The translations under genes and the position numbers were made by a program. Below the pieces are notes generated by a model, which did no database searches, was not told the DNA's origin, and saw only the letters and a list, made by a program, of their open reading frames with translations. Below are positions 19,924 through 28,440 of a stretch of 64,000 bases of DNA, in pieces. Numbering within the stretch: the stretch's first letter is position 1; each line of letters starts with the position of its first letter. Origin of the DNA: an uncultured Muribaculaceae bacterium (GTDB taxonomy: Bacteria > Bacteroidota > Bacteroidia > Bacteroidales > Muribaculaceae); the NCBI GenBank assembly GCA_964510535.1, contig CAZECG010000010.1, forward strand, positions 3,027-67,026. The letters are read 5' to 3'.

Positions 19924-20889
19924 ATGGCAACCAAACATCTCTTGACGCTCTCCATAACCATCGTTTGTGGAATCTGCACCGCTTTCGGCGAAACATTCGA
20001 GCCAATCAAATATGGCAACTTTGAGCAGTGGGTGACACGCATCATTCCGGAATCGCGTATCATCGGCGGAAACAAGAAAACCCTATATGAGATAGCCCCG
20101 ACCCACACCGTCGAGGGCAATATCCCCTACAAAAACGAGGGGGGCTCGCCTTGGGCCACATCCAACGTGCTCGCCAACGTCATGGGCGTGGTCAAAGGGA
20201 GCAACGCGGTGTTCCCCGACGTTCGCTCAGGCGGCAACAAATGCTGCAAGCTGACCACCATAATGGAACACTGCAAAGCCGTGGGCATCATCAACATCGA
20301 CGTGCTCGTGGCAGGCTCTATATTCCTCGGTGAGTTCAAAGAGCCGGTAAAATCCACATCCGACCCATACAGCAAACTTGAAATGGGTGTGCCATTCACC
20401 CGACGGCCCAAAGCGTTGCGCTATGACTATAAAGTCACCATGCCATCTGCCAACGAGCGCACTTACTCAAGCGGTTTCGGCAAGAAAAAGACACTGAAAG
20501 GGCATGAAAACGCCGAGGTTTTCATAATCCTGCAACGCCGCTGGGAAGACTCTGACGGCAACATCTACGCCAAGCGCGTGGGCACCGGACGCGAGCGTTA
20601 CGGAGCATCAACCCCGGGATGGGTCAACGCCCACAAGCTCCCCATCCACTATGGCGACATCACTAAAGAGAGCTGGTACAAACCATGGATGGGTCTGATT
20701 TCCGGCGAAAAAGCCTACTACGCCAAAAACTCAAAGGGGAAGATGGTGCCTGTGCAGGAAGTCGGATGGGACGAACCCGACGCCACGCCCACCCATATGC
20801 TCATGATGGCCTCCGCGGCAAGCGGAACAGCCTATATCGGCACACTTGGGCTAACGCTCTGGATTGACAACGTCGGGCTGATATTCTGA
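19924..20889 (+). CDS. Secreted PCMD-domain-like protein (putative carbohydrate metabolism domain)
   Basis: 321 aa with a signal peptide. 'YGNFEQW' and 'SPWATSN' resemble my recollection of PCMD-domain proteins of Bacteroidales. This assignment is from memory only. Confidence 0.5.
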   Translation: MATKHLLTLSITIVCGICTAFGETFEPIKYGNFEQWVTRIIPESRIIGGNKKTLYEIAPTHTVEGNIPYKNEGGSPWATSNVLANVMGVVKGSNAVFPDVRSGGNKCCKLTTIMEHCKAVGIINIDVLVAGSIFLGEFKEPVKSTSDPYSKLEMGVPFTRRPKALRYDYKVTMPSANERTYSSGFGKKKTLKGHENAEVFIILQRRWEDSDGNIYAKRVGTGRERYGASTPGWVNAHKLPIHYGDITKESWYKPWMGLISGEKAYYAKNSKGKMVPVQEVGWDEPDATPTHMLMMASAASGTAYIGTLGLTLWIDNVGLIF

Positions 20890-20966
20890 CACCGACACCC
20901 GACACCCACGCACAACAATTCGGGTATAAATGCGTCAATCAGGACAATAAATCATAGAAAAATCCC

Positions 20967-20974
20967 TACCTTTG
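20967..20974 (+). promoter_or_regulatory. Candidate -7 box TACCTTTG upstream of topA
   Basis: Exact TAnnTTTG match, 29 nt before ATG 21003. Confidence 0.5.
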
Positions 20975-21002
20975 CAGCGGAAAATTCATCAAAACGACAA
21001 AA

Positions 21003-23348
21003 ATGCTGAAAAATCTTGTAATAGTCGAGTCACCGGCCAAAGCCAAAACCATCGAAAAATTTCTCGGTAAAGACTTCAAAGTAATGTCAAGTTACGGACA
21101 CATCCGCGACTTGCGCAAAAAGAATTTCAGCATCAACGTCGAAGACGGGTTCACTCCCATCTACGAAATCCCTGACGACAAAAAGGAACTGGTCAAAGAG
21201 CTGAAAAAGGCCGCTAAAGGAGCCGAGACCGTATGGCTCGCTTCCGATGAGGACCGCGAAGGGGAAGCCATAGCATGGCATCTGTCCGAGGTACTCGGAC
21301 TTAACCCCGACACCACCAAGCGAATAGTTTTCCACGAAATCACCAAAAACGCCATACTCAACGCCATCGACAACCCCCGCGTGATAGACCGCAACCGCGT
21401 CGACGCGCAGCAGGCGCGCCGCGTTCTCGACCGCATCGTCGGATTTGAGCTGTCGCCGGTGCTTTGGCGCAAAATCAAGCCCGCCCTCTCGGCCGGCCGC
21501 GTGCAATCTGTGGCCGTCAGGCTAATCGTGGAGCGCGAAAACGAGATAAAAAACTTTATCAGCGAACCCTATTTCCGTGCGACCGGCACTTTCGACACCA
21601 TCTCAGGCTCACAAGTCAAAGCCGAGCTTGCCCACCGTCTCCCCGACGAGAATGCAGCCCGCGCCCTGCTCGACAAATGCGCCGGCTCCGACTTCAGCGT
21701 TGCGGCAGTAAATGTCAAGCCGCTCAAGAAATCGCCCGCGCCCCCATTCACCACATCCACACTGCAGCAAGAAGCCGCGCGCAAACTCGGGTTCACCGTG
21801 TCGCAGACAATGATGGTTGCGCAGCGGCTATATGAAGCCGGCCACATAACATATATGCGTACCGACTCGGTCAACCTGTCGGCTCTCGCCATAAACACAA
21901 TTTCGTCTCAGATAAAAGAGACTCTCGGCGAACGCTACTTGAAGGTGCGACACTACCACACCAACTCAAAAGGAGCGCAAGAAGCCCACGAAGCCATAAG
22001 ACCCACACATATCAACCAGACCGAAATCAACGGCACCGCCCAGGAAAACCGATTGTACTCGCTCATCTGGAAACGAACAATCGCAAGCCAAATGGCCGAC
22101 GCCGAAACTGAGAAAACCACGGTCGACATCTGCCCCGACGGCGACAGCGACACCCGATTCGTAGCCACCGGCGAAGTCATCAAATTTGACGGATTCCTAT
22201 CAGTCTACATCGAGAGCCGCGACGACGACAGCGACAACGCCGACGCAGCAACGCGCCTGCCAGCCATGGCCATCGGCGACCACATGAAAGCCGTCGAAAT
22301 CCAAGCCATGCAGCGTTTCTCCCAGCAACCGCCGCGATACACCGAAGCGTCACTCGTGAAAAAAATGGAAGAGCTTGGCATAGGTCGACCCTCGACCTAC
22401 GCCCCGACTATCTCAACTATCCAGCAACGCGAATATGTCGAAAAAGGCGAACGTCCGGGCATCAAACGCGACTTTGTGACCCTGACCCTCAAAGGCGGCA
22501 AAATCAGCCAACGCACAAAAAGCGAGACCGTCGGAGCCGAAAAAGGAAAACTGATACCGACCGATATAGGTGTAGTGGTCAACGACTTCCTCACCGAATA
22601 TTTCCCCGAAATCCTCGACTACAACTTCACAGCCCGCATCGAGGAGAAATTTGACGACATAGCCCGGGGCGAACTCCCGTGGACCGACGAGATAAAGGAA
22701 TTTTACGATATGTTCCACCCCGTTGTCGACAAAACCATGAACATGAGGCTCGAACACAAAGTGGGCGAACGCGTGCTCGGCACTGACCCGGCCACAGGCC
22801 GCAAGGTATCGGTCAAGATTGGACGATTCGGGCCGCTCGTACAGATAGGCGACGGCGACGGCGACGAGAAACCACAGTTCGCATCGCTCCAAAAAAATCA
22901 GTCGGTCGCCACCATTACCCTTGAAGAAGCGTTGAAACTCTTCGAGTTCCCGCGCCATCTCGGCGAGTTCGAGGGAAAAGATGTCAGCGTAGCCATCGGC
23001 CGATTCGGACCCTACGTCAAGCACGACGGCAAATTCGCCTCGATACCCAAAGACCTCTCCCCGACAACCATCACCCTTGAAGAAGCCGAAGACATCATCA
23101 AAGCCAAGCGCGAGGCCGAGAGCCGCAAGCACATCAAGAGCTTCGACTCCGAGCCGGAACTCGCAGTGCTCAATGGCCGCTACGGCCCATACATAGCCTA
23201 CAAAGGCAACAACTACAAAATCCCGAAGACAGTCGACGACCCCGCTCAACTTTCCCTCGAGCAATGCATGGAACTTATCAAAGCCCAGGACAGCGCGCCC
23301 AAAAAGACGCGACGCACCTCCGCAACCACCCGACGCACTAAAAAATAA
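21003..23348 (+). CDS. topA: DNA topoisomerase I
   Basis: 781 aa. Toprim N-terminus 'LVIVESPAKAKTIEKFLG', 'LASDEDREGEAIAWH', active-site region 'ITYMRTDS', and three Cys-less C-terminal 'GRFGPY' repeats. Confidence 0.97.
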   Translation: MLKNLVIVESPAKAKTIEKFLGKDFKVMSSYGHIRDLRKKNFSINVEDGFTPIYEIPDDKKELVKELKKAAKGAETVWLASDEDREGEAIAWHLSEVLGLNPDTTKRIVFHEITKNAILNAIDNPRVIDRNRVDAQQARRVLDRIVGFELSPVLWRKIKPALSAGRVQSVAVRLIVERENEIKNFISEPYFRATGTFDTISGSQVKAELAHRLPDENAARALLDKCAGSDFSVAAVNVKPLKKSPAPPFTTSTLQQEAARKLGFTVSQTMMVAQRLYEAGHITYMRTDSVNLSALAINTISSQIKETLGERYLKVRHYHTNSKGAQEAHEAIRPTHINQTEINGTAQENRLYSLIWKRTIASQMADAETEKTTVDICPDGDSDTRFVATGEVIKFDGFLSVYIESRDDDSDNADAATRLPAMAIGDHMKAVEIQAMQRFSQQPPRYTEASLVKKMEELGIGRPSTYAPTISTIQQREYVEKGERPGIKRDFVTLTLKGGKISQRTKSETVGAEKGKLIPTDIGVVVNDFLTEYFPEILDYNFTARIEEKFDDIARGELPWTDEIKEFYDMFHPVVDKTMNMRLEHKVGERVLGTDPATGRKVSVKIGRFGPLVQIGDGDGDEKPQFASLQKNQSVATITLEEALKLFEFPRHLGEFEGKDVSVAIGRFGPYVKHDGKFASIPKDLSPTTITLEEAEDIIKAKREAESRKHIKSFDSEPELAVLNGRYGPYIAYKGNNYKIPKTVDDPAQLSLEQCMELIKAQDSAPKKTRRTSATTRRTKK

Positions 23349-23362
23349 CACCCCACGACGAG

Positions 23363-24286
23363 ATGCCACGACCTCTGCCCCACAAACCCGGTGCCGAACG
23401 ACGAAAATTCCGCCCCGACGTAATAGAGACATACACCGCCGACAGCGAATCCACGCTGCTGCCGTTTCTGATACAATCGATGCCGCAACGCAAACGCACC
23501 TCGGTCAAAGAGTTGCTCAAACACAACCAGGTTGCCATCGGCGACACCCCCGTCACCCAACACGACACCCCACTGCAGCCGGGCACCGTGGTCAAGGTCA
23601 ACATCACGCGCGAGTTCCAGACATTCTATAACCGACGCATCAAAATCGTCTACGAAGACGACGACATAATCGTAGCCAACAAAGGCTACGGACTGCTCTC
23701 CATGGGCACCGACCGAGTGAAAGAGGGAACAGCCTACTCCATACTGCGCGACTGGGTGAAACGCAAAGACCCGCGCAACAAACTGTTCATCGTCCACCGA
23801 CTCGACCGCGACACTTCCGGACTGATGATGTTCGCAAAAACCGAGGAAGCAAAAGTCGCCATGCAACACAACTGGAACAATATGGTCATCAACCGCCGCT
23901 ACCTCGCCGTCGTAGAGGGATGTATGGATCCCGCCGAAGGCACGATACGCAGCTATTTAGCCGAAAACTCACAATTTGAAGTCTACTCGACCGAGAACCC
24001 CGACGAAGGACAGCTCGCCGTGACCCGATACAAAACCATAGCGACACGCAAAAAACACTCTCTGCTCGAAGTCGAACTCGACACCGGGCGCAAAAACCAG
24101 ATTCGCGTACACCTGAGCGACAAGGGACATCCCATCGTCGGCGACCGCAAATATGGAGCAGGGCCATCGCCAATACACCGTCTCGCACTTCACGCACAGA
24201 CACTGCGCTTCATCCATCCCGTCACACGCCGCGACATGAACTTTTCAACCCCCATTCCCGCCGCCTTCGCCTCGCTCGTCAAATAA
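23363..24286 (+). CDS. RluA-family pseudouridine synthase with an N-terminal S4-like domain
   Basis: 307 aa. Catalytic block 'HRLDRDTSGLMMFAKT' and 'GRKNQIRVH' motif. Confidence 0.9.
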   Translation: MPRPLPHKPGAERRKFRPDVIETYTADSESTLLPFLIQSMPQRKRTSVKELLKHNQVAIGDTPVTQHDTPLQPGTVVKVNITREFQTFYNRRIKIVYEDDDIIVANKGYGLLSMGTDRVKEGTAYSILRDWVKRKDPRNKLFIVHRLDRDTSGLMMFAKTEEAKVAMQHNWNNMVINRRYLAVVEGCMDPAEGTIRSYLAENSQFEVYSTENPDEGQLAVTRYKTIATRKKHSLLEVELDTGRKNQIRVHLSDKGHPIVGDRKYGAGPSPIHRLALHAQTLRFIHPVTRRDMNFSTPIPAAFASLVK

Positions 24287-24290
24287 TGCC

Positions 24291-24384
24291 CAATGCATAA
24301 TGCTCAATGCATAATGCTCAATGCATAATGCTCAATGCACAACGCTCAAATAATTATGCATTATGCATTATGAATTATGCATTG
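24291..24384. repeat. Tandem 14-bp repeat (caatgcataatgct x3 plus one degenerate unit) followed by an inverted ATGCAT-rich arm
   Basis: Read directly: units at 24291-24304, 24305-24318 and 24319-24332, a degenerate unit at 24333-24346, and the arm atgcattatgcattatgaattatgcattg at 24356-24384. There are six ATGCAT palindromes in 94 nt. Confidence 0.9.
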
Positions 24385-24431
24385 AAAAAATAGTTTCGTG
24401 GCATTTTGCTTGTAAAATGGAAAAATTTGAG

Positions 24432-24439
24432 TAATTTTG
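24432..24439 (+). promoter_or_regulatory. Candidate -7 box TAATTTTG upstream of the Lrp/AsnC gene
   Basis: Exact TAnnTTTG match, 22 nt before ATG 24461. Confidence 0.5.
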
Positions 24440-24460
24440 TCGCCATAAACCATAATATCA

Positions 24461-24922
24461 ATGGAAAAAATCGACAACTTAGACCGCAAGATACTGTCAA
24501 TAGTGACACGCAACGCACGCATCGCCTCTAAAGATGTCGCCACAGAGTGTGGTGTCTCGCGCGCCGCTATCCACCAGCGCATACAGCGCATGATTGACCT
24601 CAACGTCATCACAGGATCGGGCTATAACGTCAACCCAAAAATACTCGGATATTGCACCTGCACCTACGTCGGTGTGAACCTCGAACGCGGTGCCATGTAC
24701 CGCGACGTGGTGCCTCAACTCGAAAAAATACCGGAAGTGGTCGAGTGCCACTTCACCACCGGCCCATACACGATGCTCATAAAGCTCTACGCTCGCGACA
24801 ATGAGCATCTGATGGATTTGCTCAACAACAAGATACAGATGATTCACGGAGTAACAGGCACCGAAACGTTAATCTCGCTCGACCACAGCATCCACCGCGA
24901 GATTCCAATCGCAGAGCAATAA
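24461..24922 (+). CDS. Lrp/AsnC family transcriptional regulator
   Basis: 153 aa. N-terminal HTH 'LDRKILSIVTRNARIASKDVATECGVSRAAIHQRIQRM' and a C-terminal RAM/ACT-like domain. Confidence 0.9.
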   Translation: MEKIDNLDRKILSIVTRNARIASKDVATECGVSRAAIHQRIQRMIDLNVITGSGYNVNPKILGYCTCTYVGVNLERGAMYRDVVPQLEKIPEVVECHFTTGPYTMLIKLYARDNEHLMDLLNNKIQMIHGVTGTETLISLDHSIHREIPIAEQ

Positions 24923-24951
24923 GCAAAAACATTTTTTATCTTCTTCATAAA

Positions 24952-24979
24952 CGAAAGGGGAGCCGCCGCTCCCCTTTCG
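24952..24979. terminator. Bidirectional hairpin terminator between convergent genes
   Basis: Perfect 12-bp stem cgaaaggggagc/gctcccctttcg with a 4-nt loop, between the stops at 24922 (+) and 24980 (-). Confidence 0.75.
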
Positions 24980-25345
24980 TCATATAGCCACATGGATCCA
25001 ACGCCCACCGCGCTCCCATATCAGCTCGCAGTGGGGAAGCCCGCCGAGTATCGCCATCAACCGACGGTTGCCCGCCACCGAACCGACAGTCAAATCCGCC
25101 GCCCGCCCTTGCAAGTGATAGCTCGACGGCACCCCGCCGACGGCGCGGTTAAGCTCCGGGCTGCGATAACCGCTGTTGACGGCGATAGGAGCGCCCAGAG
25201 CCTCACGAGCCGGGTCAAGCACCAGCGACACCAGCGACTTCAGATTTTTAACGGCCTCCGCCGGCGGAGTGTTGTCGATTCCGCGGGCCGACGCTACCGA
25301 GCTGCGAATCAGCTCATCAATACTGAAATATCTCATACTCATCAT
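24980..25345 (-). CDS. Peptidase M15-family D-Ala-D-Ala carboxypeptidase-like metallohydrolase (endolysin-like)
   Basis: 121 aa. 'NSGYRSPELN', zinc block 'SYHLQGRAAD' (H-x6-D) and distal 'WIHV' His. I recognised no signal peptide. Confidence 0.8.
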   Translation of the reverse strand: MMSMRYFSIDELIRSSVASARGIDNTPPAEAVKNLKSLVSLVLDPAREALGAPIAVNSGYRSPELNRAVGGVPSSYHLQGRAADLTVGSVAGNRRLMAILGGLPHCELIWERGGRWIHVAI

Positions 25346-25356
25346 CGGTTTTGGCG

Positions 25357-25364
25357 CAAAATTA
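25357..25364 (-). promoter_or_regulatory. Candidate -7 box TAATTTTG (minus strand) for the M15 peptidase gene
   Basis: The plus strand reads caaaatta. Only 11 nt separate the motif G from the start codon at 25345. Confidence 0.4.
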
Positions 25365-25429
25365 CCCCCCGACGAAAAACTATTGATGTGTTTTTAACCC
25401 TTCCACTTTGACATTATTACAAAAAAATG

Positions 25430-25437
25430 TATCTTTG
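25430..25437 (+). promoter_or_regulatory. Candidate promoter: -7 box TATCTTTG with TTTG 19 bp upstream, for the PpiD-like gene
   Basis: TATCTTTG at 25430-25437 and TTTG at 25407-25410. The ATG is at 25514. Confidence 0.5.
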
Positions 25438-25513
25438 TGCGCTAAAATGCCTACGAAAAGCATAGCGAAAACCGCCTTAAAAAGATAATAATCAAAAAAA
25501 CCAGCAATAATAA

Positions 25514-27595
25514 ATGGCAACATTAGAAAAAATCCGAAGCAAATCGGCCCTTCTTTTCACTATCATCATTGTGGCCCTTCTTGCATTCATCCTCGGTGAC
25601 TTCCTCACCTCCGGCCGCTCATTCTTCAGCGACCCCACAACCCTCGCTAAAGTCGACGGCCACAAAATCGACATCAACGAATTTAGCTCTCGCGTCGAGC
25701 AGGTGCGCAATGCCCGCCAACAACAGGGCTACTCCGATGTCGACATCGCTCCTATCCAGCAGCAGGTGCTCGACCAAATGATTTATGAAACACTGATGAA
25801 CGAGGAGCTTGATATGCTCGGCATCGTTGTCACCGACGCTGAGCTGTCAACCGCCATGACAGGCCCCAACGCTCTCCCTTCAGTGGCAAACCAAGCTCGC
25901 CAATACGGGTTCGACACACCCGACAGCTTCTATGACGCCGCTTTCAACCCCTCAAAATACGGCATCGCACCCGAAAACGCACAGCAACTGAAAGCCTTAT
26001 GGCTCGAAATGGAGAAAAGCACCGTCGAGATGCTGCGCCAACAGAAATTCGGCAACCTGTTCATGGGGACACTGACCGCCAACGCCCTCGACTCAAAGAG
26101 CTACTACGACGAGAACGCCGCAACCTCGCGCATACTCTATGCGAAGAAAGACCTCTCGTCACTCAAAGATGAAGATTTCCCCGTCAACGAAGCCGACATC
26201 AAAGCCCAGTATGACAAACGCCGCAACTCGTTCCGTCTCGACGAGCCGCGCCACATCGTTGACTACATCATTGTCAACGTGACACCCTCAGCCGACGACC
26301 GCGCGGCTGCCACGACCGAGGTCGAGGACGCCATCGCCGCCCTCCGCACCCAGCCGGGAACCGAAGGCGTCAACGGCAACGTAAACTTCGGCGTCAACCG
26401 CCTCCAGCTCCCCAAAAGCCGCATAACCAACAGCGCAATCAAATCGGCCATCGACACCATGTCGACAGATGGGGTGCAGATGGTTTCGTTCCAGAATGAC
26501 ACCTACACCCTTGTGAAACTTTTCAACATCTCAAGCCAGGTTGACTCTGTGAACCTCGACTTTGCCGTTGTCGAAGGCGACATGGCCCACCGCGACTCAA
26601 TCATAAACGCCCTCAACAGCGGAGCCAAGGCTTCCGATATGCTTGCCGCAGGCACACTCGCCGCCGCTCAGGACAGCCTCTGGGTTTCTCTCCTTGACCC
26701 CCAACTCGGCACGATGAAAGACCAACTCGCATCAGCAGCCCAGGGTCAATATGTGGCTCTCGACACCATGGCCGGAGCACAGCAATACCGCGTGATGCGC
26801 GTCAAGACTCGCAAAGCCCCTGTCACCACCTACGATTTCGCAGAGATAACCTACAAAATCGAGCCTTCCACCGCAACTCTCCACACACTTGAAGGCGACC
26901 TGAGCAAATTCCTCAACGCAAACAACACATCAGCCAAGTTCGCCGAGAACGCCCCCGCCGCCAACTACAACATCTTCCCCGCCGAGCTGACCACTTCGTC
27001 ACTCTCGCTCAACAACACCCCCGACACCCGCGAAGGTGTTAACTGGGCTATGGAAGCTAAGAAAGGCGAAGTGTCGCCAATCTTCCGCGACGACCGCAAC
27101 ACCCGCCTGTTCGCTGTGGCTGTCAAAGACATCTACGACGGCGAGTATCTCCCGATGACCGACACCAACATCAACAAATACCTCACCGAGGAAGCGCGCA
27201 AAGAGAAAAAAGCGTCTAAGCTCCTCGCCGACTATCAAGACAAAGGAAAAACCGTCTATGACTACGCGTCACTGATGGAGTCAAAAGTCGACACCACTCA
27301 GGTAACTTTCGGACAGTCCCGCGTGATGGGATTCTTCACCGCCGAGCCGGCACTCGTCGGCCGCGTGTCAGCATCCAACCCCGGCGAGCTCAACGGCCCG
27401 TTCAAAGGCAACAACTCGGTTATCGTGTTCCAAGTGCTTGACGTGGAAAAGAGCGGTCTCCCCTACGATGAGACCAACGCGCAAGCCTCGTTCGACCGCA
27501 GCCAAGGCGTTGACGCACTCTCGCGCAACTTCCCCGCCATACTGCGCGGCAAAACAAAAGTCGACAACCGCATACAGAAATTCTATCGCAAATAA
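25514..27595 (+). CDS. Periplasmic chaperone, PpiD/SurA-like (peptidylprolyl isomerase family)
   Basis: 693 aa. The N-terminal anchor 'SALLFTIIIVALLAFILGDF' and SurA-N-like region match the size and layout of Bacteroidales PpiD-like proteins. Confidence 0.75.
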   Translation: MATLEKIRSKSALLFTIIIVALLAFILGDFLTSGRSFFSDPTTLAKVDGHKIDINEFSSRVEQVRNARQQQGYSDVDIAPIQQQVLDQMIYETLMNEELDMLGIVVTDAELSTAMTGPNALPSVANQARQYGFDTPDSFYDAAFNPSKYGIAPENAQQLKALWLEMEKSTVEMLRQQKFGNLFMGTLTANALDSKSYYDENAATSRILYAKKDLSSLKDEDFPVNEADIKAQYDKRRNSFRLDEPRHIVDYIIVNVTPSADDRAAATTEVEDAIAALRTQPGTEGVNGNVNFGVNRLQLPKSRITNSAIKSAIDTMSTDGVQMVSFQNDTYTLVKLFNISSQVDSVNLDFAVVEGDMAHRDSIINALNSGAKASDMLAAGTLAAAQDSLWVSLLDPQLGTMKDQLASAAQGQYVALDTMAGAQQYRVMRVKTRKAPVTTYDFAEITYKIEPSTATLHTLEGDLSKFLNANNTSAKFAENAPAANYNIFPAELTTSSLSLNNTPDTREGVNWAMEAKKGEVSPIFRDDRNTRLFAVAVKDIYDGEYLPMTDTNINKYLTEEARKEKKASKLLADYQDKGKTVYDYASLMESKVDTTQVTFGQSRVMGFFTAEPALVGRVSASNPGELNGPFKGNNSVIVFQVLDVEKSGLPYDETNAQASFDRSQGVDALSRNFPAILRGKTKVDNRIQKFYRK

Positions 27596-27621
27596 AAAAC
27601 TACCGTCATGGGGCAACATAA

Positions 27622-27653
27622 GAAAAGGGCCGATTTCAAAATCGGCCCTTTTC
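27622..27653 (+). terminator. Hairpin terminator after the PpiD-like gene
   Basis: Perfect 14-bp stem gaaaagggccgatt/aatcggcccttttc with a 4-nt loop. Confidence 0.8.
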
Positions 27654-27679
27654 TTATGCTCTTTTCACGATTTTATAAT

Positions 27680-27687
27680 TATCTTTG
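27680..27687 (+). promoter_or_regulatory. Candidate -7 box TATCTTTG immediately upstream of the methyltransferase GTG start
   Basis: Exact match. The GTG at 27693 begins 6 nt after the motif. Confidence 0.45.
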
Positions 27688-27692
27688 TCATC

Positions 27693-28427
27693 GTGAATCA
27701 AGAGCCAACAACCGCAGAGAAACCAGCCGTCGGGCTATACCTGTTCCCGGTGACGCTTAGCGACGCGCCTCTCGACAACGTGCTGCCGACACTCAACCTC
27801 AAATTGATAACCGGCATCAGACACTTCATCGTCGAGAACGTACGCTCGGCAAGGCGATTTCTGCGCCAATGCGACCGCTCAATCGACATCGACTCGCTCA
27901 CATTCCACACCCTCGACGAACACACCCGTCCCGACGAGATAGCCCCGATGCTCGACCCTCTCGCCCAAGGACACCCCATGGGTGTGATTTCCGAAGCGGG
28001 ATGCCCAGCCATCGCCGACCCCGGAGCCGACGTTGTCGCTATCGCTCAACGGCGCGGCTACAACGTCTACCCCCTCGTCGGGCCGTCGAGCATTCTGCTC
28101 GGGCTTATGGGCTCGGGCTTCAACGGACAGAGTTTCGCATTCAACGGTTACCTCCCGCGGGAAAAGGGTGAACGCGCGGCCAAGCTGCGCGAAATGCGCT
28201 CACGGATAGCCCGAGAGCGACAAACCCAGATTTTCATCGAGACACCCTATCGCAACAACCGCATGGTCGCCGAACTTTGCGCGACACTGCCCGGCGATAT
28301 GCTGCTCTGCGTGGCGTGCGACGTGACTGCGCCACAAGCCTCAATTACAACAAAAACGATAGCCTCATGGGGCAAGTCAAAATATGACTTCGACAAGAGA
28401 CCGGCGATTTTCCTCCTGTTCAGTTGA
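27693..28427 (+). CDS. Tetrapyrrole-methylase-fold SAM-dependent methyltransferase (RsmI-like)
   Basis: ORF 27438..28427 overlaps the PpiD-like gene and the terminator, so it is trimmed to the in-frame GTG 27693. 'LYLFPVTLSD' N-terminus, 'GVISEAGCPAIADPG', 'PLVGPSS'. There is no in-frame ATG near the expected N-terminus. Confidence 0.7.
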   Translation: MNQEPTTAEKPAVGLYLFPVTLSDAPLDNVLPTLNLKLITGIRHFIVENVRSARRFLRQCDRSIDIDSLTFHTLDEHTRPDEIAPMLDPLAQGHPMGVISEAGCPAIADPGADVVAIAQRRGYNVYPLVGPSSILLGLMGSGFNGQSFAFNGYLPREKGERAAKLREMRSRIARERQTQIFIETPYRNNRMVAELCATLPGDMLLCVACDVTAPQASITTKTIASWGKSKYDFDKRPAIFLLFS

Positions 28428-28440
28428 CCAATAAACCAAA

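Noticed and set aside
24291-24384. The tandem repeat array considered as a CRISPR array.
   Set aside because: The units are 14 bp and directly abutting, with no spacers. Only about four copies are present and no cas genes are in the window.
2342-25345. Possible prophage or prophage remnant, suggested by the GH25 lysozyme and the M15 endolysin-like peptidase.
   Set aside because: The two genes are 22 kb apart and separated by core genes (porU, rex, suf, mdh, topA). No integrase, terminase, capsid, tail, holin or att-like repeats were seen.
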